IMG/VR virus record: IMGVR_UViG_2974508059_000001
Span: 32,001 to 96,000 of that record
Source of the DNA: a virus
Taxonomy: Duplodnaviria; Caudoviricetes
Direction: 5' to 3' (one strand)
DNA length: 64,000 nt
The notes under the pieces are model-generated. The model did not search any database, was not told the DNA's origin, and worked only from the letters and a program-made list of their open reading frames with translations. A program made the position numbers and the translations under genes. The first letter of the stretch is position 1, and each line of letters starts with the position of its first letter. Shown here piece by piece: positions 9,741-19,843 of the stretch.

Positions 9741-11513
9741 TTAATGGGTTGTGTGTTCAGCGTTGTCGGCCATGCGCTTCATAAAGGTTTCGAGTACAGT
9801 GTCTTTGTCCGGCAGCAAGAAGAAGTCCGTGGCAATCTCCATGGCATTGATACGTCCCGCAGTCAGGTTCACCCCGACACGACGACGCACCTCTTCGGTT
9901 ACCCCGTCAACGTAGATAAGCTCAATCAACGTTGTCTCACGCGATTGGTTTAACATATTCGTTGCCGATGGGTAGGCCTGCGTTAAGTCGGCATCCGCGG
10001 TTTGACCACGGAAGGCAGAATGGAAATCGCTAATCTCTGCCAGTATGTTACGCAAACCGTTCTCTTGGTTCATGTGTGCGGGCAGGGTAACAATCCATCC
10101 GTCGGTGCCGATAACCTCCTCATCCTTCTCGTTACGCATCTCCTTACCGGTTGCTCCGATGACCAGCCCTTGGTCGTACAGGTAAAAGGTGTAGGCATTA
10201 CAGATACGTTTGGGTAGGGAAGGGAAGATATCGAACATCGACACACCGGCCAGCACCGAGAACGCCGAGGCCAAGTCTTTGGTCTTGTGGTCCAACAGGA
10301 TAATCAACAGGTTATCCATGATGTTGTAGACCGCATACTCCGCCGGGAAGTCTCGCTGGGCTTTATCGTGCCAGCTCAGTTTGTCTTCGTAGTCCAGACC
10401 CGGAATGCTTAACTTGCCGACACCGATTTCGGTTTCCAGAATCGAACTGAGTTTGTAGTTCGGACGGTTACCTTCGTGCGTACGGATTTTCTTAAACAAG
10501 CACATGGCATCAACACAATAGAACGACGCCATGCAGTACATCACATGCCACTGGTCAGCTGGGGATTTGGTCAGTGACTTAGACTCGGTCTTTTTGTTGG
10601 CTTGGTCTTCTTTAAACCAGCAACGGCGATACTTAACCGGGACATCAGGATGGCAGTAAACATCCTCAGCAGGAATACCCTCAGCCGCCAACTGATTAAC
10701 GATGCAGTTGTGGTCGAACTGGTGGTTCCATGCCACAACCAAGTCCGGCAGACGTTCGTGAATTTTCTGGAACATCGAGACGATACACGCCCCCGGTGTC
10801 GCACAGGTGTAAACAAAGAGTTGGTAATCGCCGAGCACATCTCTCTCGACCCACTTCTCTTCCCCGGTGGCTTTGTCCTTTTCCAAGAACGGCACCCGGG
10901 TTAAGAGCTCTTTGGCTTTCTTGGCAATAATCTGGTCGGCGTCTTTACCGATGCGATCCATATACGGCTTGTCACCAAAGAAGTGAATCTCATCATCCAG
11001 CACAAAGCTCATGATGTTCGGTTCACGGTCACGTCCTTCCCGCACGTTGGTTTCCACGTCGATAACGCAGATGCGGTTTTCAGAAACGAACTGTGACCAC
11101 TTCTTGAGGTACTGGTTCTTGATATACGTGGGCAGGGTTAAGTCCGCCCAATAAACAAACGGGCTGCTGCACACCTGACGCAGGCTTTTCTTTTTGTCAA
11201 CGAAACGATAACCCAGACCGAGTTGAATGGTCGCTGCCATGTTCACATCGGTGGTCATGAGTTCCTGACACTTGCCGCGCTCTTCGTACTCTTTCTTTTC
11301 TTGGTGATTCCGGTGTTGTGGCAGAGTAATGTAGATGGGGCGTTTAACGTTCTCTGCAATGCGGATAGCCGGTATCTGCCGACCATCATTAGTATGGATG
11401 ACCTCTTTCACGAGGACACAGTCATTCTCTTTTTCTTCGTCTGTGGCGTACGTAATGTTTTTACATTCGCGTCCCGCGATATCAGAGGGACTGTAATACT
11501 GATTCTGTTCCAT
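9741..11513 (-). CDS. Split family-B DNA polymerase, N-terminal subunit with 3'-5' exonuclease and motif A (phiKZ gp82-like)
   Basis: ExoI IDVET, ExoII AWNHQFD, YKLSSI, ExoIII YNIMD, PolB motif A DLTQAYPS; no motif B or C before the stop. Confidence 0.88.
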   Translation of the reverse strand: MEQNQYYSPSDIAGRECKNITYATDEEKENDCVLVKEVIHTNDGRQIPAIRIAENVKRPIYITLPQHRNHQEKKEYEERGKCQELMTTDVNMAATIQLGLGYRFVDKKKSLRQVCSSPFVYWADLTLPTYIKNQYLKKWSQFVSENRICVIDVETNVREGRDREPNIMSFVLDDEIHFFGDKPYMDRIGKDADQIIAKKAKELLTRVPFLEKDKATGEEKWVERDVLGDYQLFVYTCATPGACIVSMFQKIHERLPDLVVAWNHQFDHNCIVNQLAAEGIPAEDVYCHPDVPVKYRRCWFKEDQANKKTESKSLTKSPADQWHVMYCMASFYCVDAMCLFKKIRTHEGNRPNYKLSSILETEIGVGKLSIPGLDYEDKLSWHDKAQRDFPAEYAVYNIMDNLLIILLDHKTKDLASAFSVLAGVSMFDIFPSLPKRICNAYTFYLYDQGLVIGATGKEMRNEKDEEVIGTDGWIVTLPAHMNQENGLRNILAEISDFHSAFRGQTADADLTQAYPSATNMLNQSRETTLIELIYVDGVTEEVRRRVGVNLTAGRINAMEIATDFFLLPDKDTVLETFMKRMADNAEHTTH

Positions 11514-11585
11514 GGGTGTCTCTCAAGCTATATAGGGCTTCTATAGTTATCCAGCGGAGACGTAATTTTCTTAGAAGGAAAGATA

Positions 11586-12941
11586 ATGAAAGGTTACTGG
11601 GCTAAACGCGCCAAGACGGTGGCTGAGCATAAGCTCGTTGCCGCGGAGTCAATTCGATTCCAAGATAAAAAGAAGCTTGCGGCATTAGCGGAATTGGTTG
11701 AAGCCTTTCGGCGTGCCGGTGACTTCTCTCCTGCCGGGTATGAAAACTCCGGCATTGAAAAGTGGGTATTAGAAAACTGTGGTATCACCATCTTCTTTCG
11801 CAACGGCTCTGAAATCGGCTTAGCCGCTTATGCCTTTGCCGGTGTTGAGCCACCTAAGCTCGATGCCAACAACCCAATTGTCTCCAACCTCCATCGCCAG
11901 TATTACCGTGGCAACAATGACTTGGATGCCTACACCAAGTTCATTAAAGAGAACGAACTGGCAGGTTCGTTTGATGACAGCAACGCCAAAATCTCCGGTG
12001 ACCTGAGCAAGGTCTCAAGCCCGCTGTATGTGACGCCTGTCCTGATGGACGGTCTGAAGATGACGGACTACGAGATTGCCGCCATCATCCTGCATGAAGT
12101 GGGCCACGTTTATTACTACTTCCGCAGTCTGATGCGTGGGGTGGTGGTGAACCTGATTGCTGACGCCGCCGCGAACCGCATGATGGGCATGGAGTCGGAT
12201 GTGGAGAAGCTGCGCGTTATCAAAGACGTTGAGCGCATGCTGAACACCAAAATCGACCAACCGGAAACCATCTGCAAAGAGTTCAAGAAAGAGAACATCT
12301 ATATCCACTTGGTGACCGCGACCCTCTTAGAGCGTCCGAACATCACCGGGGGTGAAGGGTTTGGTAACCGTTCGTGGGAACGTGCGGCCGATGACTACGC
12401 TGCCCGCTTCGGCGCAGCCCCGCATCTGGCAACCGGTCTGTACAAACTGGAAACCGCGCCGATGTATCTGCTGCGCAGCAGCTCGTACATGAACATGGGT
12501 GTGCACCTGACGCTGGAGCTCGGCCGGGTTTCCCTGTTGGTGTTGTGGTCAACCACCCCAATGGGTCTGCTGCTGGCCACCGCGTCCATCGCCTTTGGCC
12601 TGCTGGCCAATGACCCGTCAGCCACTATCTACGATCCACCGCAAGAGCGCTTTGAAACCATGCGTCGTGCATTGGTTGAAGAACTCAAGACACTGGAAGG
12701 GGCGAACACCAAAGCGGCGAACGCACACCGCCAGCGTATCTTGGAAGGTATCTCGCAGATTGATGATTTGCTCAAAGTCGTGAAAGACAAAGACAATCTC
12801 TATGCGTTTATCTACAAGAACCTCATCCCGTCCGGTCGCCGTGAACGTGATGCGGTGGACTACCAGCGCGATGTGGAATCGTATCTGTCTAACGACCTGA
12901 CTGTTGCCATGAACAAACTGAAGGCGTCTTCCGCAAAGTAG
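11586..12941 (+). CDS. Virion head protein with zincin (M48-like) metalloprotease motif and hydrophobic segment
   Basis: AAIILHEVGH, ERAADDYAARFG; N-terminal VAAES processing site; first gene of the head-protein cluster. Confidence 0.7.
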   Translation: MKGYWAKRAKTVAEHKLVAAESIRFQDKKKLAALAELVEAFRRAGDFSPAGYENSGIEKWVLENCGITIFFRNGSEIGLAAYAFAGVEPPKLDANNPIVSNLHRQYYRGNNDLDAYTKFIKENELAGSFDDSNAKISGDLSKVSSPLYVTPVLMDGLKMTDYEIAAIILHEVGHVYYYFRSLMRGVVVNLIADAAANRMMGMESDVEKLRVIKDVERMLNTKIDQPETICKEFKKENIYIHLVTATLLERPNITGGEGFGNRSWERAADDYAARFGAAPHLATGLYKLETAPMYLLRSSSYMNMGVHLTLELGRVSLLVLWSTTPMGLLLATASIAFGLLANDPSATIYDPPQERFETMRRALVEELKTLEGANTKAANAHRQRILEGISQIDDLLKVVKDKDNLYAFIYKNLIPSGRRERDAVDYQRDVESYLSNDLTVAMNKLKASSAK

Positions 12942-12952
12942 CAACCGAGTCT

Positions 12953-13420
12953 GTGGGCCGCGGGCAATCCCTCTGGATGGTATTACCCTTCCATTGGAGC
13001 CCGCTCTCACCCGTGCAGATAGACCATGACCTCAACGGTATGCGTTACGGCGTGGAGACTCCGCCGTTAATTGCGTACAGCAGTAAAGTTGAGGCCATCA
13101 AGGCCGGAATTGAATGGGCGTCATTTAAAAATCGGTCAGCTGATTCAGAAAATTCCGTGGGGTCTTCTTCTGCACCAATGAAGGTAGAACAGCGTGGAAA
13201 CACGTTATACTTGAAGGCACTGGGTTCGAGTAACACCCTCGTCAGTCAAGACACCATCTATCTTTATCGGCTTGACCCGAATGCCGCCTCTGAAGCGTGG
13301 CAACAGTCTTACGAAGGGTCCTTGCAATACTTCACGCACGGCGTAACCCCGTACGCGGAAGTCACGCACGACTCACTTCTTAATCTTATCAAAGACGCCG
13401 GTCTCACCGTCGCTTACTGA
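12953..13420 (+). CDS. Hypothetical protein (start uncertain)
   Basis: Fills the gap between co-directional genes; no clear SD. Confidence 0.55.
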   Translation: MGRGQSLWMVLPFHWSPLSPVQIDHDLNGMRYGVETPPLIAYSSKVEAIKAGIEWASFKNRSADSENSVGSSSAPMKVEQRGNTLYLKALGSSNTLVSQDTIYLYRLDPNAASEAWQQSYEGSLQYFTHGVTPYAEVTHDSLLNLIKDAGLTVAY

Positions 13421-13431
13421 AAGGTATTATC

Positions 13432-13875
13432 ATGACACACAAAGTTTCTTTAGGCGGACTCGTCTACGATTTCAAACGTGCGAACGAAGGTCAGGGTGTG
13501 CAGGCCACACGTGCCCTGACGGCACTGGTAGCATTCTCCATCGCGTTCTCCACACCGGTTCCGGACAACGGCATCAACGGCTCACTGGAAGCGGCTAACC
13601 AGTTGCTGCGCCCACTGATGAGTTCGGTTATCTCTGATGTCAACGAAATCATGCAGGTTGACTTAGGGTCGATTCAAGACCTGACGTCGGGTCTGTACCT
13701 GAACCGTTACGACTCCGCATGGGGGCGCTACAAAGCACTGGAAGCGTTCACCATCAAACAAATCTTTGATGACGCGGTCGGTAGCGATGTCTGGGCAACC
13801 GTGACCCTGTGGGCAGAGCGCTTCTTGGAAGCGGTTGGTTTCTACATGCAGGAACTGAAAGGACAGGCAGCATGA
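13432..13875 (+). CDS. Hypothetical, probable virion protein
   Basis: AAGGT SD; ATGA overlap with the next gene. Confidence 0.75.
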   Translation: MTHKVSLGGLVYDFKRANEGQGVQATRALTALVAFSIAFSTPVPDNGINGSLEAANQLLRPLMSSVISDVNEIMQVDLGSIQDLTSGLYLNRYDSAWGRYKALEAFTIKQIFDDAVGSDVWATVTLWAERFLEAVGFYMQELKGQAA

Positions 13876-15569
13876 CTTCAATGACTGGGCCTTCGGGCAC
13901 CGTCAGTGTTCACCCGAAATGGCGTCTGGGTGAGATTGGCGCTTTGTTAAAAGACCGCATGGACGAGAAGGTTGATTCCGTTGACCAGCTTTCTTTGTAC
14001 ATGCAACGCAACGATGCTGACTTGGTGTACGGTGCGCGTCTGATGACGCAGATTGAAGCCGTTATCGAGCAGGTCAAACGTCAGGGGTTAAGCCGCGACC
14101 AAGCCGTGGCGGTGGAGTCGGTTCGCCCGGGGACTATCCCAAGCAACGTGCAAAAGTTGCTGACCTCCAACTACAGCCGTACGCACCAGAAAGAAACACT
14201 GGTGGCGCTGGAGTCGTGGGCCAAAGCCGGTCGCATGGGACTTATCGTATTGGCCATCACTGCCCTGTTGAAAGTGGTGTCGTGGATTATCGAGAACGGA
14301 AAACCGTTTGGGGGGAAAGGCGATGCGGATGCAAGCGGGTATGCTTCGAAAGTCAAAGAGAAAGTTGATGCGGTTGAAGTGGGCGGACGGAGTGTGCTCG
14401 GTTCTCTGACTGTCACCACGGTGAAAGATGCGTATCTGGCGTATGCCAAAGATGCGTCGTCAGTTGACCACTACAACCTCTCTGTGGCCCAGCTGGACAA
14501 AGTGCTGGCTGACCTCAAAGCTGAAGACTTCCTGAACAAGGTTGCTGCTGCCAATGGCGGTAAGTCCCCGTTCATGGCAATGTTTTCTGAATATGCCAAA
14601 GGTGGCAAGAAAGCTGAAAACGAAGTGCTGTTTGACGCCATCGATGCCCTGCTGGGTCTGTGCGTCACCTCGGCTGTGTTCGATGCCCGTACCTCTAAAG
14701 CGGCGTACGACCGTTTACCAAAAACGGTTCAGGCCACAGGCATGAAGTTTGCGTGTGACTTGGTGTACAAACGCTACGGCGGAACAGTGAAAGACCTTAT
14801 CGACTACTTCAACGTGATGATGCGTGGCTTTGCCGCCATGGATCGTAAAACCCTGTTGGACAACTACCGCGACCCACGCGGGGTGTTCACCAAAGGCCAA
14901 CGTTCAGTATTCCCGGCAGGTGATATCGCCGTAGGGTTGTTTGCAGAAGGTCTGGAGCAGCTGAACAACGCCTCAATGGGGATTGTTGACGACGCCACCC
15001 GTGGCTTCTCGTTTGACATGGGCCCTGCGGTGTTAATCGGTCCTGCGCAGTCCCGTGACTTGGTCGGTTACGACGAAGGGATTGACATGGTGAACGGCAT
15101 TCGCCTGCACACCACGCAAGAAGGCGCGTACTTTACCCGCAGCTCGTTCCAAACCCTGCGTGAGAAAATCAAACTCACCGCAACCGATGCGCGTGGTATC
15201 TTAGCGGCCCTCGTGTGTTTGAATCCAGAAGGCTACACCAAGGATGCGAACCGTGGGGCACTGAGTAACTACACGGCATTGCGTCAGCAGATTGACCAGT
15301 TCATGAAAGTGTTTGAAGCGTGGGCCGAGGGTGTGAATAAACTCGAGCCTGACTTCTTCAAATACCTCGCGGATGCAATCCAGCGTGACGTCGGGCAGGG
15401 TAAACGCGGGAGCGGTGACGGTCGTGAGTTGTCACTGGTGTACATGAAGTCCGATGACTTCGTGACAGGTCTGCGTGCGAACATGGATGTGGTGCGCCGC
15501 ATCTGTATTGCCGGTGCGTCGTTACAAGCGGTGGCGAACACCTCCACGCGTAACAAGATGGCAAAATAA
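13872..15569 (+). CDS. Internal head (ejection) protein, proteolytically processed (SPN3US gp47-like position)
   Basis: ATG 13872 overlaps the upstream stop; AVES and ALES sites followed by hydrophobic helix MGLIVLAITALLKVVSWII. Confidence 0.7.
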   Translation: MTSMTGPSGTVSVHPKWRLGEIGALLKDRMDEKVDSVDQLSLYMQRNDADLVYGARLMTQIEAVIEQVKRQGLSRDQAVAVESVRPGTIPSNVQKLLTSNYSRTHQKETLVALESWAKAGRMGLIVLAITALLKVVSWIIENGKPFGGKGDADASGYASKVKEKVDAVEVGGRSVLGSLTVTTVKDAYLAYAKDASSVDHYNLSVAQLDKVLADLKAEDFLNKVAAANGGKSPFMAMFSEYAKGGKKAENEVLFDAIDALLGLCVTSAVFDARTSKAAYDRLPKTVQATGMKFACDLVYKRYGGTVKDLIDYFNVMMRGFAAMDRKTLLDNYRDPRGVFTKGQRSVFPAGDIAVGLFAEGLEQLNNASMGIVDDATRGFSFDMGPAVLIGPAQSRDLVGYDEGIDMVNGIRLHTTQEGAYFTRSSFQTLREKIKLTATDARGILAALVCLNPEGYTKDANRGALSNYTALRQQIDQFMKVFEAWAEGVNKLEPDFFKYLADAIQRDVGQGKRGSGDGRELSLVYMKSDDFVTGLRANMDVVRRICIAGASLQAVANTSTRNKMAK

Positions 15570-15610
15570 AGAAAAGTCCCACCTCCCGTAAAGGAGGTGG
15601 GTACTTCATT
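15570..15610. terminator. Bidirectional terminator
   Basis: CCCACCTCC-cgtaaa-GGAGGTGGG between convergent stop codons. Confidence 0.8.
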
Positions 15611-18565
15611 TTATTTGGCGTCGGTGTCGTGGCGGTTAAAGGCCAAGACGATGTCGTCCTTGAGTTTCATGGTGCCGTCCACGTCGAGCGTCAGTACCTT
15701 ACCAATGGTGGCTTGTGAGGCATCGCCGACCACGGTGAAGATACGCCAGTCGCTGTCTGGTCCCATGCCACCCATCTCAACCGCAATCACGGATTCCAGC
15801 AACTCTGACTTCAGTGCCTCGCCCAGCTTGGTGGCTGAGACGGTTTTGTTGGCAATGAGGTAATCGTTGATGACCTTCGAGGTTTTGGTGCGGATGATTT
15901 TCAGCAGGTCGGTGTTCTGACGGTTTGCTGCGGTCAAGTAGTAACTCACCGTGAAACGGTTCTCTGCCTGAATCGGAGTAACGGTACCGTCCTCGGTACG
16001 GGCTTGGATGTAACCCATGGTGGTGACCGGCACAAAGTACGCTTCGGTCTGGTCTAACAGGCTACCCGCAATCGCAGGAATCTTAACCGTTACCACACCC
16101 ACAATGTAGTCAATCACCGAACGCAGGTACGCCTGCACTGTGGGGTCAGTGGCAAACATGTACCGGGCATCGTAGACTGACATCTCACTGCGGAAGATAA
16201 GGCTACGCGGTTTATCAATAATCGGTTGGTTATTGTTGTCGCGCATCAGGTCACCTTTGGTGTAGCGGATTTCCTGATTGCCGTTCTCATCCAACACCGG
16301 GTCACCTTTGCGGTGCAGGTAGACGAACTCGATGGTGTTGGTGTCTTTGTCGTACGTGTACTCGGGAATGGAGTCCGAGCCTTCCTTGTACTTGATGACA
16401 TCCGATTCGTAGAACGCCAGCACATCCTCTTGGTAGTATTTGTAGTTAATCCCATCCGTCTGAGGACGGGCCTTACGCCAATACGCCGAGAGGGCCTTAC
16501 CGAGTTGCAGGGTATAAATCTCCTGCGTAACACCGATAGCATCACGGGTCGGTGGGACAATAATCGCATCCATGGAGGCACGCTCGTAGTTGCCCGGGTA
16601 GTAACCAGTGACACCAAAGAACACGTTGAACTCCGATTCAAGGGCAACCGGTACTGGTGTGGCATTGGCCGAGGCTAAACGGGTGTTGGTCAGAATCAGC
16701 TCATCGTTACGGTCAACGTCGAGGTTCGTTTCCAGTGGGAACTCCCACACACGTTCATCATCACGGTAGCCAATTAAGGTGCCGTTGATATACGCGTACT
16801 GGTCGGTGTAGCCGCGAGGCACGTACGAGATTTGGGCAAAGCATTGCTCATCCGCGATAGCCTTGTAGGAGGCTTCTGACTTCGTTACAACGCGCAATGC
16901 AAACCCTTTCTCGGTGGCCACCAGTTCGTAGTTACCCGACACCACACTCAACGCGGTTGACACGTTGGTGGAGACAAAGCGTTTGCCGGTAACCTGCGGG
17001 CTGTCCAGCTGATAGATACGCACGTCAATGGCGGTGTTGTTGATGTCCACAACGTAATGGAACGGGGTGAACATGTACGGCACCGCATTGGCGAGGTTAA
17101 TCAGTTGGTCGGGTGCAAGGTTCTTGGCAAGCTCCGTCATCTGCGCATCCACGGTAATCGACCCGTTGGTGTAGCGGTAGATAGTCGAGGGCAGAATGGT
17201 CAGGCGGTTATCGTTAACGCGCACGGTCGACAGGTTCGCCAACTCATCCCAGCTAAACAGCAGCGGGGCCGTCAGGGCACCGATCGGGGAACTCACCCCT
17301 TTCACCGTCGAGGCAGGTAACGGCGAGGACAGGTGGAACGTGCGGCCGGTCACGTAGTCAATCGGTACCGACAGGTCCAAGCCGTAATCGTTCGCGGTTG
17401 ATTTCACCTGTGCCAAGGTCACCGGTAGCTGGCGTTGACCAACGGCGTTGTTCACCACCCGGTCACGCAGCTCTGCAAAGGTCAGTGGCAGTCGACCCCC
17501 GGTGGTTACTGAACCGGACTCCGCGGTGAGCTGACGAATGGAGAAGTCTTTAATCGGGTTCGAGTAAGTCTCATCCACTTCGCCATTGAAATCCCGCAGA
17601 CCAAAGGTAAACTGGTCACCGGTGTACGAGGAGATGTCCACACTCAGCGGGCCTAAGGTGGTGTAGATGTCAAGGCGAATCTCACCCGACACCAATCCCG
17701 TTTGCAGATAGATAGACGGAATCGTCATCCGTACGTTCTGCCCGTTCACCTGAATCAACGCCGTGGCCACCTGTGGGTCGTACACGTCACGGGAGTGGGT
17801 ATGTTTAATCTCAACCCACGTCCGGCTACCTGATGCTTTCATCCACACACGGGCGTAGAAGAAGTTGTTGGTAAACGGACGCTCCATGACGTACTGACTG
17901 TTACCGGCCACGGTGTCGTGGTTGTTATCCGAGGAGACCGAATACTGCAGCATTGGGATACGGATACCCAGCAGCATCGAGGTGGTGTTCGGCGCACTGG
18001 TCAGAATCCAATCCAGTGCATTGGTGGAGACCGGGGTAATCGGTGATTGGTTCTCGGTTAACCACACCACCTGAAACGCCGGTTGGTCCACGGTGCCGTA
18101 GGGCAGCACACGAATCTCAAGTGGGTACTGAATAGCAAACTCGTAACCGGCCACCTTAAACACCGTGTCACGCGGGAAGGTCACGCGGCGCACACCGTCT
18201 GAAATCAGCGGCATGGCTTTTGACATCACCGAGTCCACATCCAAGACCAACAGCATCTGCACACTGGATGGCTGGGCAAACACATCCACGTAATCCACAT
18301 CCGACATGTGACGGAACAGGTCATCGTAGTCGTTGGCCATCGATGGGTACACTTTGGGCAGCATCTCACGCTGGCCTTGGATACTGGCGTGGGCTAACAT
18401 CACCCCCATCTCTGCCACAAACACCACGGGGTCAGTGGGGTCCATCAAAACGACTTGGTTGTTCTCTTCTACCGCCGCCAGCTGGTTTAACATCAACGTC
18501 TGCATGGCAGCCGGATTGTGTGCCATTAGCAGCATGTTCTTTTTAAGCGTGTTGTAAGTATCCAT
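15611..18565 (-). CDS. Large virion structural protein, probable baseplate wedge (phiKZ gp87-like)
   Basis: 984 aa, beta-rich. TGGRLPLTFAELRDRV resembles gp6/J-type wedge motifs. Start is in a TGATG overlap with the upstream stop. Confidence 0.7.
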   Translation of the reverse strand: MDTYNTLKKNMLLMAHNPAAMQTLMLNQLAAVEENNQVVLMDPTDPVVFVAEMGVMLAHASIQGQREMLPKVYPSMANDYDDLFRHMSDVDYVDVFAQPSSVQMLLVLDVDSVMSKAMPLISDGVRRVTFPRDTVFKVAGYEFAIQYPLEIRVLPYGTVDQPAFQVVWLTENQSPITPVSTNALDWILTSAPNTTSMLLGIRIPMLQYSVSSDNNHDTVAGNSQYVMERPFTNNFFYARVWMKASGSRTWVEIKHTHSRDVYDPQVATALIQVNGQNVRMTIPSIYLQTGLVSGEIRLDIYTTLGPLSVDISSYTGDQFTFGLRDFNGEVDETYSNPIKDFSIRQLTAESGSVTTGGRLPLTFAELRDRVVNNAVGQRQLPVTLAQVKSTANDYGLDLSVPIDYVTGRTFHLSSPLPASTVKGVSSPIGALTAPLLFSWDELANLSTVRVNDNRLTILPSTIYRYTNGSITVDAQMTELAKNLAPDQLINLANAVPYMFTPFHYVVDINNTAIDVRIYQLDSPQVTGKRFVSTNVSTALSVVSGNYELVATEKGFALRVVTKSEASYKAIADEQCFAQISYVPRGYTDQYAYINGTLIGYRDDERVWEFPLETNLDVDRNDELILTNTRLASANATPVPVALESEFNVFFGVTGYYPGNYERASMDAIIVPPTRDAIGVTQEIYTLQLGKALSAYWRKARPQTDGINYKYYQEDVLAFYESDVIKYKEGSDSIPEYTYDKDTNTIEFVYLHRKGDPVLDENGNQEIRYTKGDLMRDNNNQPIIDKPRSLIFRSEMSVYDARYMFATDPTVQAYLRSVIDYIVGVVTVKIPAIAGSLLDQTEAYFVPVTTMGYIQARTEDGTVTPIQAENRFTVSYYLTAANRQNTDLLKIIRTKTSKVINDYLIANKTVSATKLGEALKSELLESVIAVEMGGMGPDSDWRIFTVVGDASQATIGKVLTLDVDGTMKLKDDIVLAFNRHDTDAK

Positions 18566-19818
18566 CAGCGTAGTATTCCTGCTTTGGTCAGCACAGTACG
18601 GTAGTCGGCTTGGTAAACGTACCAAGTGATGCGACGGCGCACTGAGTCAAGATAAGGATAGCCGTAGTAGTTAAACAGCGGCAGCAGTTCAGCCGGGATA
18701 GGCACCAGTGAGTTGCCCCCCATCGGTGTGAACGTTTCCTGTCGAGGGTCAGGCGTCATGTCCGGGTTAAAGATGGCCACAGTGCGGTTAAACATTTCCA
18801 TGTACAGCGGGTCATTGTAACGCGCCCCAAACATCTGCCAGTTGATGGTCACCGTGGTGTCATCATCCAGTGAGGGTTTGGAGTTGTCGACCTGTGCCAT
18901 GGAACCGGCGTTGTTGTTCGTTGGGAAACCCACACACATCGTCCAGAAACGGGAGATGTTGCCAAGGGCGTCGTAGCGAATCCCGTAGATGCGACTGAAG
19001 TAGTCCATGCGCCGTTGAATGGAGTTGCGAATCTTGGGCTTGAACTTGCCCATCTTTACCCCAGCCATGTATTCCAGCCACACCGACATCATCCTCATGA
19101 TGGGGTCACCGTACGGGTTATTCAACGACGCAGACACCGTGTAGCCGTTGTTGACCTCGTTGGTGGAATCCACCATACCCCACTGTTCACGCATCAAGCC
19201 TTCCTGCGAAGTCCACACGTCCACCGACTCATCTGGCGGGGCGGAGAGGCTCATCAGCTGCGTGCTGAGTAATGGTATGAAAGCCTGTAGGTTATCGAAC
19301 GGAATGTCTGGGTGGAAAGGTGTCCCCAGACGGTTTTTTCGCTGACCATTAGCATTGCGTGGTGAATCCGAAAACCCGAGCTCAAAGTCCGGGTCCAGTG
19401 CCGCCAGAATCGAGTAATCGAGCGACCCCTTCGGTTGTGCCGCCATGTTCGAGAAACGCCGCGAGTTGGCTAAATTGTCGAACTCGAGGTTAAAGTCTGG
19501 ACGGGTAAAGAATGTCAGTCCCCCGTATTCCTTATTAATAGGAACCGGGCTGGAGGCCATTCTATGGTTGAAACCCATGAGGGGGTTTGTCATGCGTTGT
19601 GCAGCCAAACCTTGGCCGCTAAGCAAACGTAAGCGGGACGTCCATGCTGTTAACTCGTCACCGAAATTAAACGCAGTGTTCGGGTTAGCGGTAGACCGGC
19701 GTGCATCAATGTATCCCGCGACTGAGGGCACGGCGTCCGCGTTGTTCGGATTGCTATAGCCGGAGTCCTCCGGGGTATTGGGATCATATCCCGGATCGTT
19801 TTCAGTCTCGTTACTCAT
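18565..19818 (-). CDS. Virion structural protein, probable baseplate/tube-fold protein (phiKZ gp88-like)
   Basis: 417 aa; GLTFFTRPDFNL, MDYFSRIY, GFPTN motifs; synteny. Confidence 0.65.
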   Translation of the reverse strand: MSNETENDPGYDPNTPEDSGYSNPNNADAVPSVAGYIDARRSTANPNTAFNFGDELTAWTSRLRLLSGQGLAAQRMTNPLMGFNHRMASSPVPINKEYGGLTFFTRPDFNLEFDNLANSRRFSNMAAQPKGSLDYSILAALDPDFELGFSDSPRNANGQRKNRLGTPFHPDIPFDNLQAFIPLLSTQLMSLSAPPDESVDVWTSQEGLMREQWGMVDSTNEVNNGYTVSASLNNPYGDPIMRMMSVWLEYMAGVKMGKFKPKIRNSIQRRMDYFSRIYGIRYDALGNISRFWTMCVGFPTNNNAGSMAQVDNSKPSLDDDTTVTINWQMFGARYNDPLYMEMFNRTVAIFNPDMTPDPRQETFTPMGGNSLVPIPAELLPLFNYYGYPYLDSVRRRITWYVYQADYRTVLTKAGILR

Positions 19819-19821
19819 TAT

Positions 19822-19835
19822 TAACTCCGGAGTTA
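19822..19835. promoter_or_regulatory. Perfect 14-bp palindrome providing a GGAG SD on both strands
   Basis: TAACTCCGGAGTTA between divergent ATGs at 19818(-) and 19844(+). Confidence 0.6.
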
Positions 19836-19843
19836 GAAAAAAG

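Noticed and set aside
18566-18625. N-terminal extension of the 1004-aa ORF; likewise track starts at 4262, 13809, 19778, 20988, 35067, 39106, 48733, 58383 and 61427
   Set aside because: Downstream ATGs have SDs or stop/start overlaps, while the extensions run through neighbouring genes or terminators.
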